From a virus (taxonomy: Duplodnaviria; Caudoviricetes), in the IMG/VR virus record IMGVR_UViG_3300024996_000122, positions 1 to 28,173 of that record: a DNA stretch of 28,173 bases; one strand, given 5' to 3'. Under the pieces are notes generated by a model. It was given only the letters and a program-made list of their open reading frames with translations. It searched no databases and had not been told where the DNA came from. Both the position numbers and the translations under genes were made by a program. This document shows, one piece after another, positions 9,658 to 18,155 of this stretch; the stretch's first letter is position 1, and each line of letters opens with the position of its first letter.

Positions 9658-10281
9658 TCAGGTCAGAACCGCCGCCGGATCGTTGAGCCAGCGGATTTGG
9701 TCTCGCAACCAGTTGATCGCGGCCTTCCTCGCCCGCTCGCGGCCTTCGGGCCGCACGCCTCGAAGGTCGCGACGTGGCAGGCCGTCGCCATCGAAGTGGT
9801 AGTGTAGGAACGGCTTCCCGTCCCGATCCACCACGTCCCTCCAGTAGCCAAACGCGACCCATTCGGTCGGCGAGTCCTGGCGGTAGTCGGTTTCGAGGTT
9901 CGTGATGACCCGACTGAACCGGCCTCGCGGCGCGAGCGGCGGGCCGTCGAGGCGCTGGTATTCCCACCATGTCAGGTTGTTGTTCCAGCCCGAGGTGGCG
10001 GGGCCGAAGCCGCTGAACGCGCCCTTCTTGACCCGGCCCTTGACGTTGTTCTTGTTCGTGGCGGTCGGCTTGACGACCTTGCCCTTGGGGCGGTAGGTCG
10101 TCGCGATCATGTAGCCGCCGTCCTTGTCGGTACCGGCCAGGACGCCCTCGCGGTTGTCCCGCTCGATAATATCCATCCAGTTCTTCATCAGCGGGACCGC
10201 GTCGAGCCACGCCGGATCGGCCAGGCTGTTCGCTCGCGCGATCAGACGATCAAGACCGGATAGGTCGGCGAACGCCTTCAT
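9658..10281 (-). CDS. Putative virion morphogenesis / tail completion protein
   Basis: Tail-module position; ends in LHYH..GDGLPRRDLRGV, resembling the H..G...LPxR.F.G end of Mu gpG/P2 gpS-like proteins. Confidence 0.55.
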   Translation of the reverse strand: MKAFADLSGLDRLIARANSLADPAWLDAVPLMKNWMDIIERDNREGVLAGTDKDGGYMIATTYRPKGKVVKPTATNKNNVKGRVKKGAFSGFGPATSGWNNNLTWWEYQRLDGPPLAPRGRFSRVITNLETDYRQDSPTEWVAFGYWRDVVDRDGKPFLHYHFDGDGLPRRDLRGVRPEGRERARKAAINWLRDQIRWLNDPAAVLT

Positions 10282-10459
10282 CGACCTTTCGTTCCCCGGG
10301 AGTCGGTTTTCCTTGGTCGTCGAGTCCCGCCGCGCGAAGCTGGCGCTCCATCTCGGCGTCGTAATCGTACCCCGGCGGATCGCTCACGTCGTCGCCGTCG
10401 AGCGGACGTCCGCGTCGACCCACGGGCGACTTCCCGCCATCCTCGCTTCGGCCGCTCAC
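10250..10459 (-). CDS. Small hypothetical protein (69 aa)
   Basis: GTG overlaps upstream stop (GTGA), GGAGG RBS; possible immunity-like partner of the upstream peptidase fusion. Confidence 0.4.
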   Translation of the reverse strand: MSGRSEDGGKSPVGRRGRPLDGDDVSDPPGYDYDAEMERQLRAAGLDDQGKPTPGERKVDEGVRRPIRS

Positions 10460-12021
10460 TTCGACCTCCCTCGAATCTTCGGGTTCAGGAGCCCACGCGA
10501 CTCGAACACCTTGTCCATCGCCCTGGCGACCGACTCGAAATCCTCGTCCTCCCAGACGTTGAATTCGACGCCATGGACGGTGAATCCGCCGGCTTTCTTG
10601 AATTCTTCCAGATAATCGTCGTCCCCGCAACGCAAGGCGATCCACTGGGCGTAACACCTCGCCCATACTTCGCGGGCGCGCAACAGGTATTTGTAAAACT
10701 TTTCCTTGGCGTCCCGACTCGGATCGCCGGGATCGACCTTTTGCAGCGCGAGCCTGATCCGGATGATCGATTCGCTATCGCCGACCGTCGACCACCATTC
10801 CGCAAGCGCCTTGTCCCCGATCACCGCCGGGTGGCGCCACCCCCCGCCGGCGTCGACGTCTTCCGGCCCCGAGAACAGGTTCCAGTCCACGAAATGACCG
10901 AATTCGTGGGGGGTCGCATGTATCGCATCCGTTCCTTGCCCCGTAACCTCGATCTTTTGGTTCGCGACGGTCCCCGAATAAAACAATCCGGCGGCATCCC
11001 TCGCGTCCATAAGCGCTTCGTCCGATCCCAGCGGGATCGTCGGTAGACCTTCGCACGAGTGGACGCGGTCAATCAACTCAAGCACGCGGGTCACCCTCGC
11101 CCGAGTCTCGTCGGTCAAGTCGCCGCGGAGCCTAATCGAGTCAGCGGCCTTTCGGCGCGGCTTGAGGATCGAAACCGGCTTCGGCCTGGCCGCCGGGCTC
11201 GGCTTCGGGGCCGGCGGCGGCGGTTTCGGCGGACCTCCCGGCGGGATCGGCGGCCCGCTCCAGACGTGTCGAAGCAGGACGTTGGACGCTCCCTTCCTGA
11301 CCGCGAACGAGGTCCCCGGCCGAAGGCCGCCGACGGGCGGGGCCGAGGCCCTGAAGTGCTTCTCCCACTCGTCCGACCGCATGCCGCCGGCGGCCCGTCC
11401 CTCGGCCAACGCCCGCCTCGCCTCGTCCTCGCCGGACCCGATCCCGAACGTCGTCGCCTTGGAGTATCCTTTCCCGACCCTGGCCACGGCCGTTCCGGGC
11501 GGGACCGCCGGAACGGTCGGGCCGGAACCTGGGCCCTTGATTGAACGACCCGATTTCCAGGCCGCCCACAGCTTCAGCGCCTCGGCCTGGACCCACGCCT
11601 GGCCCTTGGGGCTCAACCCGACCACGTCGTAAGCCTTCCCTCGCCGCGCGTGGATCGCGAGGATCCGCCCCCACTGGTCTCCCGTGTGGGCGTCGTAGCG
11701 CCACCAGAACTCGGCGTAATCGGGGTGGGCCTTGCCGGCCAGGAGCGACCGCGTCCGCGATAGCCCTCGACCGGGTTGGAGGTAGGGGGCCGTCGGATCG
11801 CCCCGCCCGGTCGGGGTCATGGCCGACCGCCGGTATTTCCGGGTCTTCGGCCTGACGGGCGGGAGCTTGCCGCCGCTCGCATTGATTCCGGCGGCGAGCT
11901 CCTTGTCCTTCCGCTCCAGGGTGAGCTCGACGACCCACGCCTGGAACATGATCCGGACGGCGGGCGGCTGGGAACGCAGCTCCGGCGGCGCGAGTTTCAG
12001 GATGAAAAACGTGGAGGCCAC
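10456..12021 (-). CDS. Virion-morphogenesis-like domain fused via Pro-rich linker to a zincin metallopeptidase-like domain (521 aa)
   Basis: HEFGHFVD (HExxH) plus downstream YLLRAREVWARCYAQWIA; N-terminus similar to 9658-10281. Confidence 0.7.
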   Translation of the reverse strand: MASTFFILKLAPPELRSQPPAVRIMFQAWVVELTLERKDKELAAGINASGGKLPPVRPKTRKYRRSAMTPTGRGDPTAPYLQPGRGLSRTRSLLAGKAHPDYAEFWWRYDAHTGDQWGRILAIHARRGKAYDVVGLSPKGQAWVQAEALKLWAAWKSGRSIKGPGSGPTVPAVPPGTAVARVGKGYSKATTFGIGSGEDEARRALAEGRAAGGMRSDEWEKHFRASAPPVGGLRPGTSFAVRKGASNVLLRHVWSGPPIPPGGPPKPPPPAPKPSPAARPKPVSILKPRRKAADSIRLRGDLTDETRARVTRVLELIDRVHSCEGLPTIPLGSDEALMDARDAAGLFYSGTVANQKIEVTGQGTDAIHATPHEFGHFVDWNLFSGPEDVDAGGGWRHPAVIGDKALAEWWSTVGDSESIIRIRLALQKVDPGDPSRDAKEKFYKYLLRAREVWARCYAQWIALRCGDDDYLEEFKKAGGFTVHGVEFNVWEDEDFESVARAMDKVFESRGLLNPKIRGRSK

Positions 12022-12024
12022 CGG

Positions 12025-12330
12025 CTACTCGGCGTCTTCCAACTCGAAGTCGTAGTGGCAAGTGAAGGTCTTGCTCGCCGGCCACGAGACCTGGTACGCG
12101 GCCCCGTCCATCCTGGCCGTCACGGCGGTGACGAACCCCCACTCTCCGGGTTCCCCGCCCGCGAGCCGAACCCGGTCGCCGGGGACGAACGCGACCACGA
12201 TCGCCTTGCAAACGTCATCCATCGCGTCGTCCGTCATGGGCCGCTTGATCTCCTTGTCCAGGTAGCCTTCCATCTCGGCCATGAAGCGGACGAGCGACGC
12301 GGCGTCGTTCGGGCGGTCGTCTCGGATCAT
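12025..12330 (-). CDS. Small protein with SH3/KOW-like beta barrel (101 aa)
   Basis: ATGA overlap; FVPGDRVRL..GFVTAV..YQVSWP. Confidence 0.6.
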   Translation of the reverse strand: MIRDDRPNDAASLVRFMAEMEGYLDKEIKRPMTDDAMDDVCKAIVVAFVPGDRVRLAGGEPGEWGFVTAVTARMDGAAYQVSWPASKTFTCHYDFELEDAE

Positions 12331-12563
12331 CCATTCGGCTCCCACCGGGTCAATTCCTCGGGTCGGTTCCGCGTCTCGGCGCGGATGAACGGCCAACTCA
12401 CGATCAGGCGGCGGCCGTCGTCGGCGTCTTCGACCCGCGCGACCCGGCCGATCGGCTTGCCGAGAGTCGCCGCCGGCCATCCGGCGTCGAGCGTGACGAA
12501 GTCGCCGACGCCGATCGGTTCGCGTTCCGCGGGCTCGCCAGTCGCATCAAGATGTTCGTCCAT
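12327..12563 (-). CDS. Small protein with SH3/KOW-like beta barrel (78 aa)
   Basis: ATG at 12563; VGDFVTL..GRVARV..LIVSWP. Confidence 0.6.
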   Translation of the reverse strand: MDEHLDATGEPAEREPIGVGDFVTLDAGWPAATLGKPIGRVARVEDADDGRRLIVSWPFIRAETRNRPEELTRWEPNG

Positions 12564-12573
12564 ATCGCTTTCG

Positions 12574-13563
12574 TTAAACGCTGGAGTAGCTGACCGCGAT
12601 GTCATCGCCGCTCGTTCTGTCGATGTAGCACTTGAGCGTGCCGGCCCACTTGTACGGGCTGCCGACGGGAAGCTGCTGGTCGAAGTCGCTCCAACGGACG
12701 GCCGACTGGAGATCGATCGTCAGCGTGTTCTTGCCGTCGAACAGCGCTAACTCGACGTCCAGGGCCGTCAGCGCCCGGAAGGCCGCGAGGTCGGTCGCCC
12801 CCGGTCGGCGGAGCATGGCGACCTGGAGCGTCACCGTCCTGCCGCCGAACCAGATCACCTGGGGGACCGGCGACTCGCTGGCGTAGGGCGCGACGGCGTT
12901 CTGGATGGACAGCTGCACCGAGTCGAACAGCGACCGGACGGTCCCGATCTTGAGCCCGCCCGACGTATGCGAGAACAGGTACGGGCCGCACGGGTAATCG
13001 TCGGCGTCCGGCTCCGGGAATTCGGTCGCGTCGGGCGCGCCGATGGTCCCGTCCCCCTTGGTGTCGTCCCGGATCCCGACGAAGGTGGCGTTCCATCGCC
13101 AAATGCGGCTCGACCCGGAGCACGACAGGTTGAGCGTCTTGACCTTGCATCCGGCCCCGCGCCGTCGGGTGATCATCCCGTCGAGTTCCCGGGCGGCGTG
13201 GTAGGCCGACGCCGACGCCAGGTCGCCGGGCGGGTTCAGCGCGGCCGCGTCGGTGGTCACCCACGGCGTCGTTCGGCCGGCGTTGATTCGAGTGCAGGCC
13301 CAATCCAAGAGGAACTTGGCCTGGGACGGGTAAAGCTCGCTCTGGATCGAGCCCTCGTAGACGCTGGAGTCGCTGACGGCGCACGCGGGGAACGAGACGC
13401 TCCCGCCGGTGGGGACGTCCTCGATCACGGGTTTCATCAACCCCTTGTACGAGTCGTCGGCGGCGAGTCGCAGGTAGTGGCGACTGGTCCCGTTGACGGG
13501 TTCGGCGACCGGAGTCCCGAAGCTCGACTCCTGGACCAGCGCGAAGAATTCACTTGAAGGCAT
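12574..13563 (-). CDS. Major tail tube protein (329 aa)
   Basis: N-terminal ESSFGTP motif and GCKVKTLNLSC typical of siphoviral tail tubes; synteny. Confidence 0.75.
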   Translation of the reverse strand: MPSSEFFALVQESSFGTPVAEPVNGTSRHYLRLAADDSYKGLMKPVIEDVPTGGSVSFPACAVSDSSVYEGSIQSELYPSQAKFLLDWACTRINAGRTTPWVTTDAAALNPPGDLASASAYHAARELDGMITRRRGAGCKVKTLNLSCSGSSRIWRWNATFVGIRDDTKGDGTIGAPDATEFPEPDADDYPCGPYLFSHTSGGLKIGTVRSLFDSVQLSIQNAVAPYASESPVPQVIWFGGRTVTLQVAMLRRPGATDLAAFRALTALDVELALFDGKNTLTIDLQSAVRWSDFDQQLPVGSPYKWAGTLKCYIDRTSGDDIAVSYSSV

Positions 13564-13584
13564 GTCCGAACCTCTCTCGCGAGG

Positions 13585-14097
13585 TCAAGGGTTGAGGCCC
13601 CGGATCACGTCGATCCTGAGCGATCCGAGGGCGATTGGCCGTCCGCTTTCGGGGTCGGTCCCGACGAACGCCGCCGGCCGGGAGAACAGGACCTGGCCGG
13701 TGAGGGAGCCGGCGGCCTTCAGGTCGTTTTCGACCGCCAGCCGCTTGTCGCGGCTGGCGAACGGATAGAAGGCGTTTTCCACCGCCTCCCACAGGTTGAG
13801 CAGGTCGAGCATGTCGACCGCGCCCGTCGCGGCCCCCGCCGGCATGAACTCGACCCTGACTTCCAGGTCGCCGAGTTGGGCGTCGGGCGAGTACCAATCG
13901 GCGGCGGCCGGCTGGGGGACCAGGCGGAAATGGGTGGCCGTCGCCGCGTTAGGGACGACGGTCGACCCGCCCTTGGCCTGGATGCCGTGGGTCCACGTCT
14001 TGACGACGCTCGATAGGACCGGGGCCGTCATCAGCTGATCGACGATCCGGGCGTAAACCCTCGCCCTGGCGCCGTCCGGAAGTCCTGGGATCGCCAT
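13585..14097 (-). CDS. Putative tail terminator / head-tail joining protein
   Basis: Size (170 aa) and position directly before the tail tube gene. Confidence 0.55.
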   Translation of the reverse strand: MAIPGLPDGARARVYARIVDQLMTAPVLSSVVKTWTHGIQAKGGSTVVPNAATATHFRLVPQPAAADWYSPDAQLGDLEVRVEFMPAGAATGAVDMLDLLNLWEAVENAFYPFASRDKRLAVENDLKAAGSLTGQVLFSRPAAFVGTDPESGRPIALGSLRIDVIRGLNP

Positions 14098-14098
14098 G

Positions 14099-14932
14099 TC
14101 AGCGCCGCCTCGACGGAGCGAAGCCCAGGTTGACCGGGCGGAGGTTCGTGGCCGGGAACTCGGCGATCAAGCGGACGATCCCCGACTCCGCGGTCGTCGC
14201 GTAGAATGCCGAGCGAAGCGGAAGGTCGCGACCGGATCCCGCCTCGACCCCGACGCAACGGCGGAGAATCGTCGCGAGCGACCTTTGGACGGCGACCCTG
14301 ACGAATCCCCGGCCCGACGGCGAGGCGACGTCCAGGCCGCCGGCCGCCAGGGCGTCGGCGTAGCGGCCACGGAGACCGCGGTAGTCGCCCCAGGACCAAC
14401 CCCACTCGTAGGAGCGAAGCCCCGCCCCGCGCGGCGACGGAATCGAGGCCAGGATCACGGAGTCGATCCACTCGCGAGCCTCCGCCCTCGCCTCGGCGAA
14501 CCCGGTTTGGTCCTGGGTCTCGCTCGCCAGGTCGCCGAGCCACGGCAACTCGTCGGTCAGGTCGCGGTGGGAGCAATAGACGGGCCTGGCGACGGCGGCC
14601 CCCGGCCCGGCCTCGACGTTCAGACGAAATTCCGCGATCGCCTGGTTGGTGGCCTCGACCGTAACGACGGCGCGATGCCAGCCGAGTTCCAACGAGTCGA
14701 TCACGCCCTGGTCGAAGTCGATCCGAACGACGGCGGCCTCGGGATCGTCCCACGAGCACGCGAGGACCCCGACGCTCGCCCGGTCGTCGCCCGGCCAGAT
14801 CACGCAGGCGAGGTCCGGCGCGTCGTCGAACGACCCGGCGGCGGCGGCGTAGCCGCCGTGCTCCGCCGGAGCCTGAACCTCGATCCCGCGCGGCGGATTG
14901 AGAAAGCCTTGTTTGACCGTGAAGGCGATCAT
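14099..14932 (-). CDS. Putative head-tail adaptor
   Basis: First gene after capsid; YCSHRDL motif followed by a helical region resembles adaptor proteins, with an extra N-terminal beta domain. Confidence 0.55.
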   Translation of the reverse strand: MIAFTVKQGFLNPPRGIEVQAPAEHGGYAAAAGSFDDAPDLACVIWPGDDRASVGVLACSWDDPEAAVVRIDFDQGVIDSLELGWHRAVVTVEATNQAIAEFRLNVEAGPGAAVARPVYCSHRDLTDELPWLGDLASETQDQTGFAEARAEAREWIDSVILASIPSPRGAGLRSYEWGWSWGDYRGLRGRYADALAAGGLDVASPSGRGFVRVAVQRSLATILRRCVGVEAGSGRDLPLRSAFYATTAESGIVRLIAEFPATNLRPVNLGFAPSRRR

Positions 14933-14994
14933 GCGTGTCTAGTAGGTTCATCCGAACCGACGCCTGCCGAACGCCGGCCCGGATGTCTCTGGGC

Positions 14995-15912
14995 TCAGTT
15001 CGTGAAGACCACGCCGAACCGCTTGGAATGTTCCGCGAACACCTCGGAGCCGTGAAGCAAGAGTCCGCGGACGGCCCACGCGAACGTGGTCTCCAACCGC
15101 AAGGTCTCGATCCGGGTGAGCTTGCTCGCGTAGGCCACTGGCTTGCCCTGGCCGAACAGATTGGCGGTGACCTTGGAGTCGGTCCCCACCTTGGGCAGGT
15201 TGTTGCTCAGGTAGACGTCGAACCCGTTGAGCGTCCCGAGATAGCCGGGCGCCGTGGTCGCCGTCATGCCGGGGCGCCCCGTGCGAAGCAGGGCGTCGGC
15301 GATCGGCTGGGCGGACTTGAGCAGGGTCGAGTCCTTGGACAACCACGCCTTCGCGTCCGGGCCGAGGATGAACCAACGGCCCTGCTGGGGGGCGTTCTTG
15401 AGGTTGAGCGCCTTCTCGGCCGCGACCAACTGGGCCCAGACGGTGTTCGTGGTCCCGTCCAGGGTGATCGGCGCGGCGGCGGTGCCGATCTTGTTGTCGG
15501 CGTGGGCGTTCGCGTACTCCGCGAACAGCTTGGTGTCGATCAGGTCCGACAGCGAGGCCGTCGCCTCCTCGGTGTAGCCCGCCTCCAGGTCCTGATCGGA
15601 CGTCACGGTCTCGATATCGTCGAGGCCGAAGGCGAAATACTTCGCGGTGTCGACGACCAGCGGCTCGCTGGTGGACGACAGGTTCTGGTAACTGATCGCG
15701 CTCCACTTGGAGTAGTCGCCCCAGGTGACGCGACCGTAGGCGCGGACGTGGACGGTGTCGCCCGCCTTGTTGACGTCGCCCTGGTAGTCGCTGTTCGCGA
15801 GCACGGCCGAGGCCACGTTGACTTGCCGCAGCTGGCGGATCACGAGGTCGGACCAGATCTCGACGTTGAACGCCGACAGGGAGTTGGTGGGGGCGCCGGT
15901 GACGGTCGCCAT
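14995..15912 (-). CDS. Major capsid protein (P22 coat-like, HK97 fold)
   Basis: EIWS..., NSDYQGDVNKAGDTVHV, D..KYFAFGLDDIE and VRGLLLHG motifs; AAGGAAGG RBS. Confidence 0.9.
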   Translation of the reverse strand: MATVTGAPTNSLSAFNVEIWSDLVIRQLRQVNVASAVLANSDYQGDVNKAGDTVHVRAYGRVTWGDYSKWSAISYQNLSSTSEPLVVDTAKYFAFGLDDIETVTSDQDLEAGYTEEATASLSDLIDTKLFAEYANAHADNKIGTAAAPITLDGTTNTVWAQLVAAEKALNLKNAPQQGRWFILGPDAKAWLSKDSTLLKSAQPIADALLRTGRPGMTATTAPGYLGTLNGFDVYLSNNLPKVGTDSKVTANLFGQGKPVAYASKLTRIETLRLETTFAWAVRGLLLHGSEVFAEHSKRFGVVFTN

Positions 15913-15933
15913 CGCTTAGCCTTCCTTTCGGAG

Positions 15934-16527
15934 TCAGGCGATCCGACCGCCATGCCTCGGCGGAGCGGGCGCCTTCCCCGGGGCCGCTCCACGATCACTT
16001 CCCGGCCCTGGCGGCCTGGGGGACGGAACGGACTCGCCGGGACCGCCGGCGCCGGACTCGGGCCCATCCGGGCCCCGCTTGAGGTAAGGCCGCTCGGCGA
16101 CCAGCCGGTCGACCTCCTCCCCAAGCCTGGCTTCGTCGATCTTGGGGTCGTCGCCCCACTGGACCCGATCGAAGGCGTCGCCGAGGGCGTCGGCCCTGAT
16201 CTTGGCCGCTGCCGCCTTGTCGAACGCGGCGCGGCGGTCGCGGCCGAGGAGTTCGGCCCTGAGCCGCTTAACCTCCTCGGCGTGAGCGCTGGGCGCGTCC
16301 TCGACCGCCTTGGCCGCGGCCTTCAGCGCGTCCTCCATCTCCTTGACCCTGGCCTGGGCGTCGGCGACCGTCTTGGGCCCCGCCGACTTCTCCAGGGCGT
16401 CGGCCCGCTCCTCGGCGGCCTTCAACCTGTCGAGCGCGTCCCGCTCTCGGCGTTTCCGGCGGACGTTCTCGCCGGTGAGTTCCTCGATGCGGCGGTTAAG
16501 GCTCGATATGATCGCGTCTTCAGCCAT
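15934..16527 (-). CDS. Capsid scaffolding protein
   Basis: Coiled coil then RPYLK and a Gly/Pro-rich tail; lies between portal and capsid. Confidence 0.75.
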   Translation of the reverse strand: MAEDAIISSLNRRIEELTGENVRRKRRERDALDRLKAAEERADALEKSAGPKTVADAQARVKEMEDALKAAAKAVEDAPSAHAEEVKRLRAELLGRDRRAAFDKAAAAKIRADALGDAFDRVQWGDDPKIDEARLGEEVDRLVAERPYLKRGPDGPESGAGGPGESVPSPRPPGPGSDRGAAPGKAPAPPRHGGRIA

Positions 16528-16729
16528 TGCTTTCCTTCCGCGCCTTGGCGGCGACCTTCAGGTTGTGAATCGCCCCCTCAAGCGACTCGATCGCATCATC
16601 GATCATCGACTCGGCCACAAAGAAGTCGTGGACGCGGCCGACAGCCAACTCTCTTAAAAGCTCCGTCGTCAGTTCATGAACCCGGACGAGCAACGTCGTC
16701 GCAATCGGAGAAAGATCCTCGTCAGCCAT
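16520..16729 (-). CDS. Small hypothetical protein (69 aa)
   Basis: ATG at 16729 overlaps portal end, GGAAGG RBS; overlaps scaffold start. Confidence 0.55.
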   Translation of the reverse strand: MADEDLSPIATTLLVRVHELTTELLRELAVGRVHDFFVAESMIDDAIESLEGAIHNLKVAAKARKESNG

Positions 16730-18155
16730 TCGTCGAACCTTCCGCGGCGGCGGAATCAAGGACGTCAGGTCCGCCCCCAAACAACGCGGCGAGGTCGGCG
16801 TCGTCGCGGGCGACCTGCTCCATGTGCTGCATCGCCTCGTCCCGGGAGGCGTAGCGGTTCCGTTTTTGCACCACCTGGAGCAGCGACGCCGACCGTTCGG
16901 CGACCGTCAGCTGGTCGGTCTGGACGTCCTCGACGGACGGTTCCTCGGGAGGCCATCGCAGCGTGAGGTTGATCCCCCTGGCTCCAGCCTCCTTGACCGC
17001 GGCGTTCCCGGTGGCCGTTCCAACGACGGCCAGGACCGCCTCGGCGAGGTCTGTTTCCCAACTCTTAAATAGCTCCCGACGATCCTCGGCGTAATCGATC
17101 AGCGGCTGTTGCTCGGCCTTCTGGGACTCACCGGACGGAAGCGAAGCTTGATCCATCCGGTAGAGGGTCTGGGGGACGCCGAGGCCCTCCATCACGGTGT
17201 CGATGGCCTTCTCGACGTCCAGCCATCCCGATTCGACGTTCAAGCCGGGTTGCGGGTACTCGACCCGAACCTCCACGTTGCCGTCCTCGGTCTGGACTCT
17301 GGGCACGCGGACCAGGCCGGCCACGTCGTCGGGATCGCCGTCCGGCGACCATCCCGGAGGCGCGTTGAACACGAACCCTCGCGGCGAGTGGAACGCCACC
17401 ACCGCCTCGTCCATGCGGTCGATCTTGACGTCGATCGCGGCGTTGCGGTCGGCCAGGTACGCGCCGAGCGGTTCCGAGTAAAGGCCCGACGTCGGCCGCT
17501 CATTGAATACCAGGCCGAACGGCGGCCGACCGTAACCGTGGTCGACCTGGCTGACGAACCGCGACGTACGCGCGCCCGAGGTCCGATCGCGGGACCATTT
17601 CTCCGTCAGGTACTCGCGGCAGAACTCGGCCGTCCAGAACCGATACCGGGTGCGGTTGTCCGCGCGATCGATCGTGATCAGCGCGGCGCATCGGGTGGGG
17701 TCGTTCGGGTCGGCGTACAACGCGAGCTGGCTGGCGTCCCAGAGCCGGAGCCGAAACGGCTTCAAGCTCTCCGATCCCAGGTCGACCGCCTGAACCGCGG
17801 CGAAGTGCAGCAGGGTCGCCATCCTGTCGGCCGCGGCCACCATCTGATCAATCAGATTGTCCCGGTAGACCTCCTGAAGAATCGGATCGGCCGCGGGGTC
17901 GTCGGCGATCGTCCGGGTCGGGCCCGGCGAGTAGGTTTTCGAACACAAGATCTTGATCACGCGCCGAGTCAGCGGATGCGTCTGCCTCGGTCTCGCCGAC
18001 CAGGCCGTCGTGCTCTCGCCGCGACGTCGGGGAACGTGCATGCCGCCGCGAAGGTGGTAGTAGTCCAGGACGCGCGTGGCCTCGGCGAGACGCTCCTGTT
18101 CGTTCGGCAGTCCGGCCAGGACCTCGGCGTCTATAGACCGCTCGAACGGGGTCAT
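16722..18155 (-). CDS. Portal protein (SPP1-like, 477 aa)
   Basis: ATG at 18155 overlaps terL stop; LDYY, HGYGRPPF and SGES motifs; synteny. Confidence 0.85.
   Translation of the reverse strand: MTPFERSIDAEVLAGLPNEQERLAEATRVLDYYHLRGGMHVPRRRGESTTAWSARPRQTHPLTRRVIKILCSKTYSPGPTRTIADDPAADPILQEVYRDNLIDQMVAAADRMATLLHFAAVQAVDLGSESLKPFRLRLWDASQLALYADPNDPTRCAALITIDRADNRTRYRFWTAEFCREYLTEKWSRDRTSGARTSRFVSQVDHGYGRPPFGLVFNERPTSGLYSEPLGAYLADRNAAIDVKIDRMDEAVVAFHSPRGFVFNAPPGWSPDGDPDDVAGLVRVPRVQTEDGNVEVRVEYPQPGLNVESGWLDVEKAIDTVMEGLGVPQTLYRMDQASLPSGESQKAEQQPLIDYAEDRRELFKSWETDLAEAVLAVVGTATGNAAVKEAGARGINLTLRWPPEEPSVEDVQTDQLTVAERSASLLQVVQKRNRYASRDEAMQHMEQVARDDADLAALFGGGPDVLDSAAAEGSTNG

Noticed and set aside
8832-12573. 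Tail assembly chaperone pair with programmed frameshift
   Set aside because: No suitable overlapping ORF pair or slippery site recognised between tail tube and tape measure
14935-16854. Long plus-strand ORFs (also 759-1997, 4713-6083, 17109-18455 and others)
   Set aside because: Antisense shadows of real minus-strand genes in high-GC DNA; no recognisable motifs
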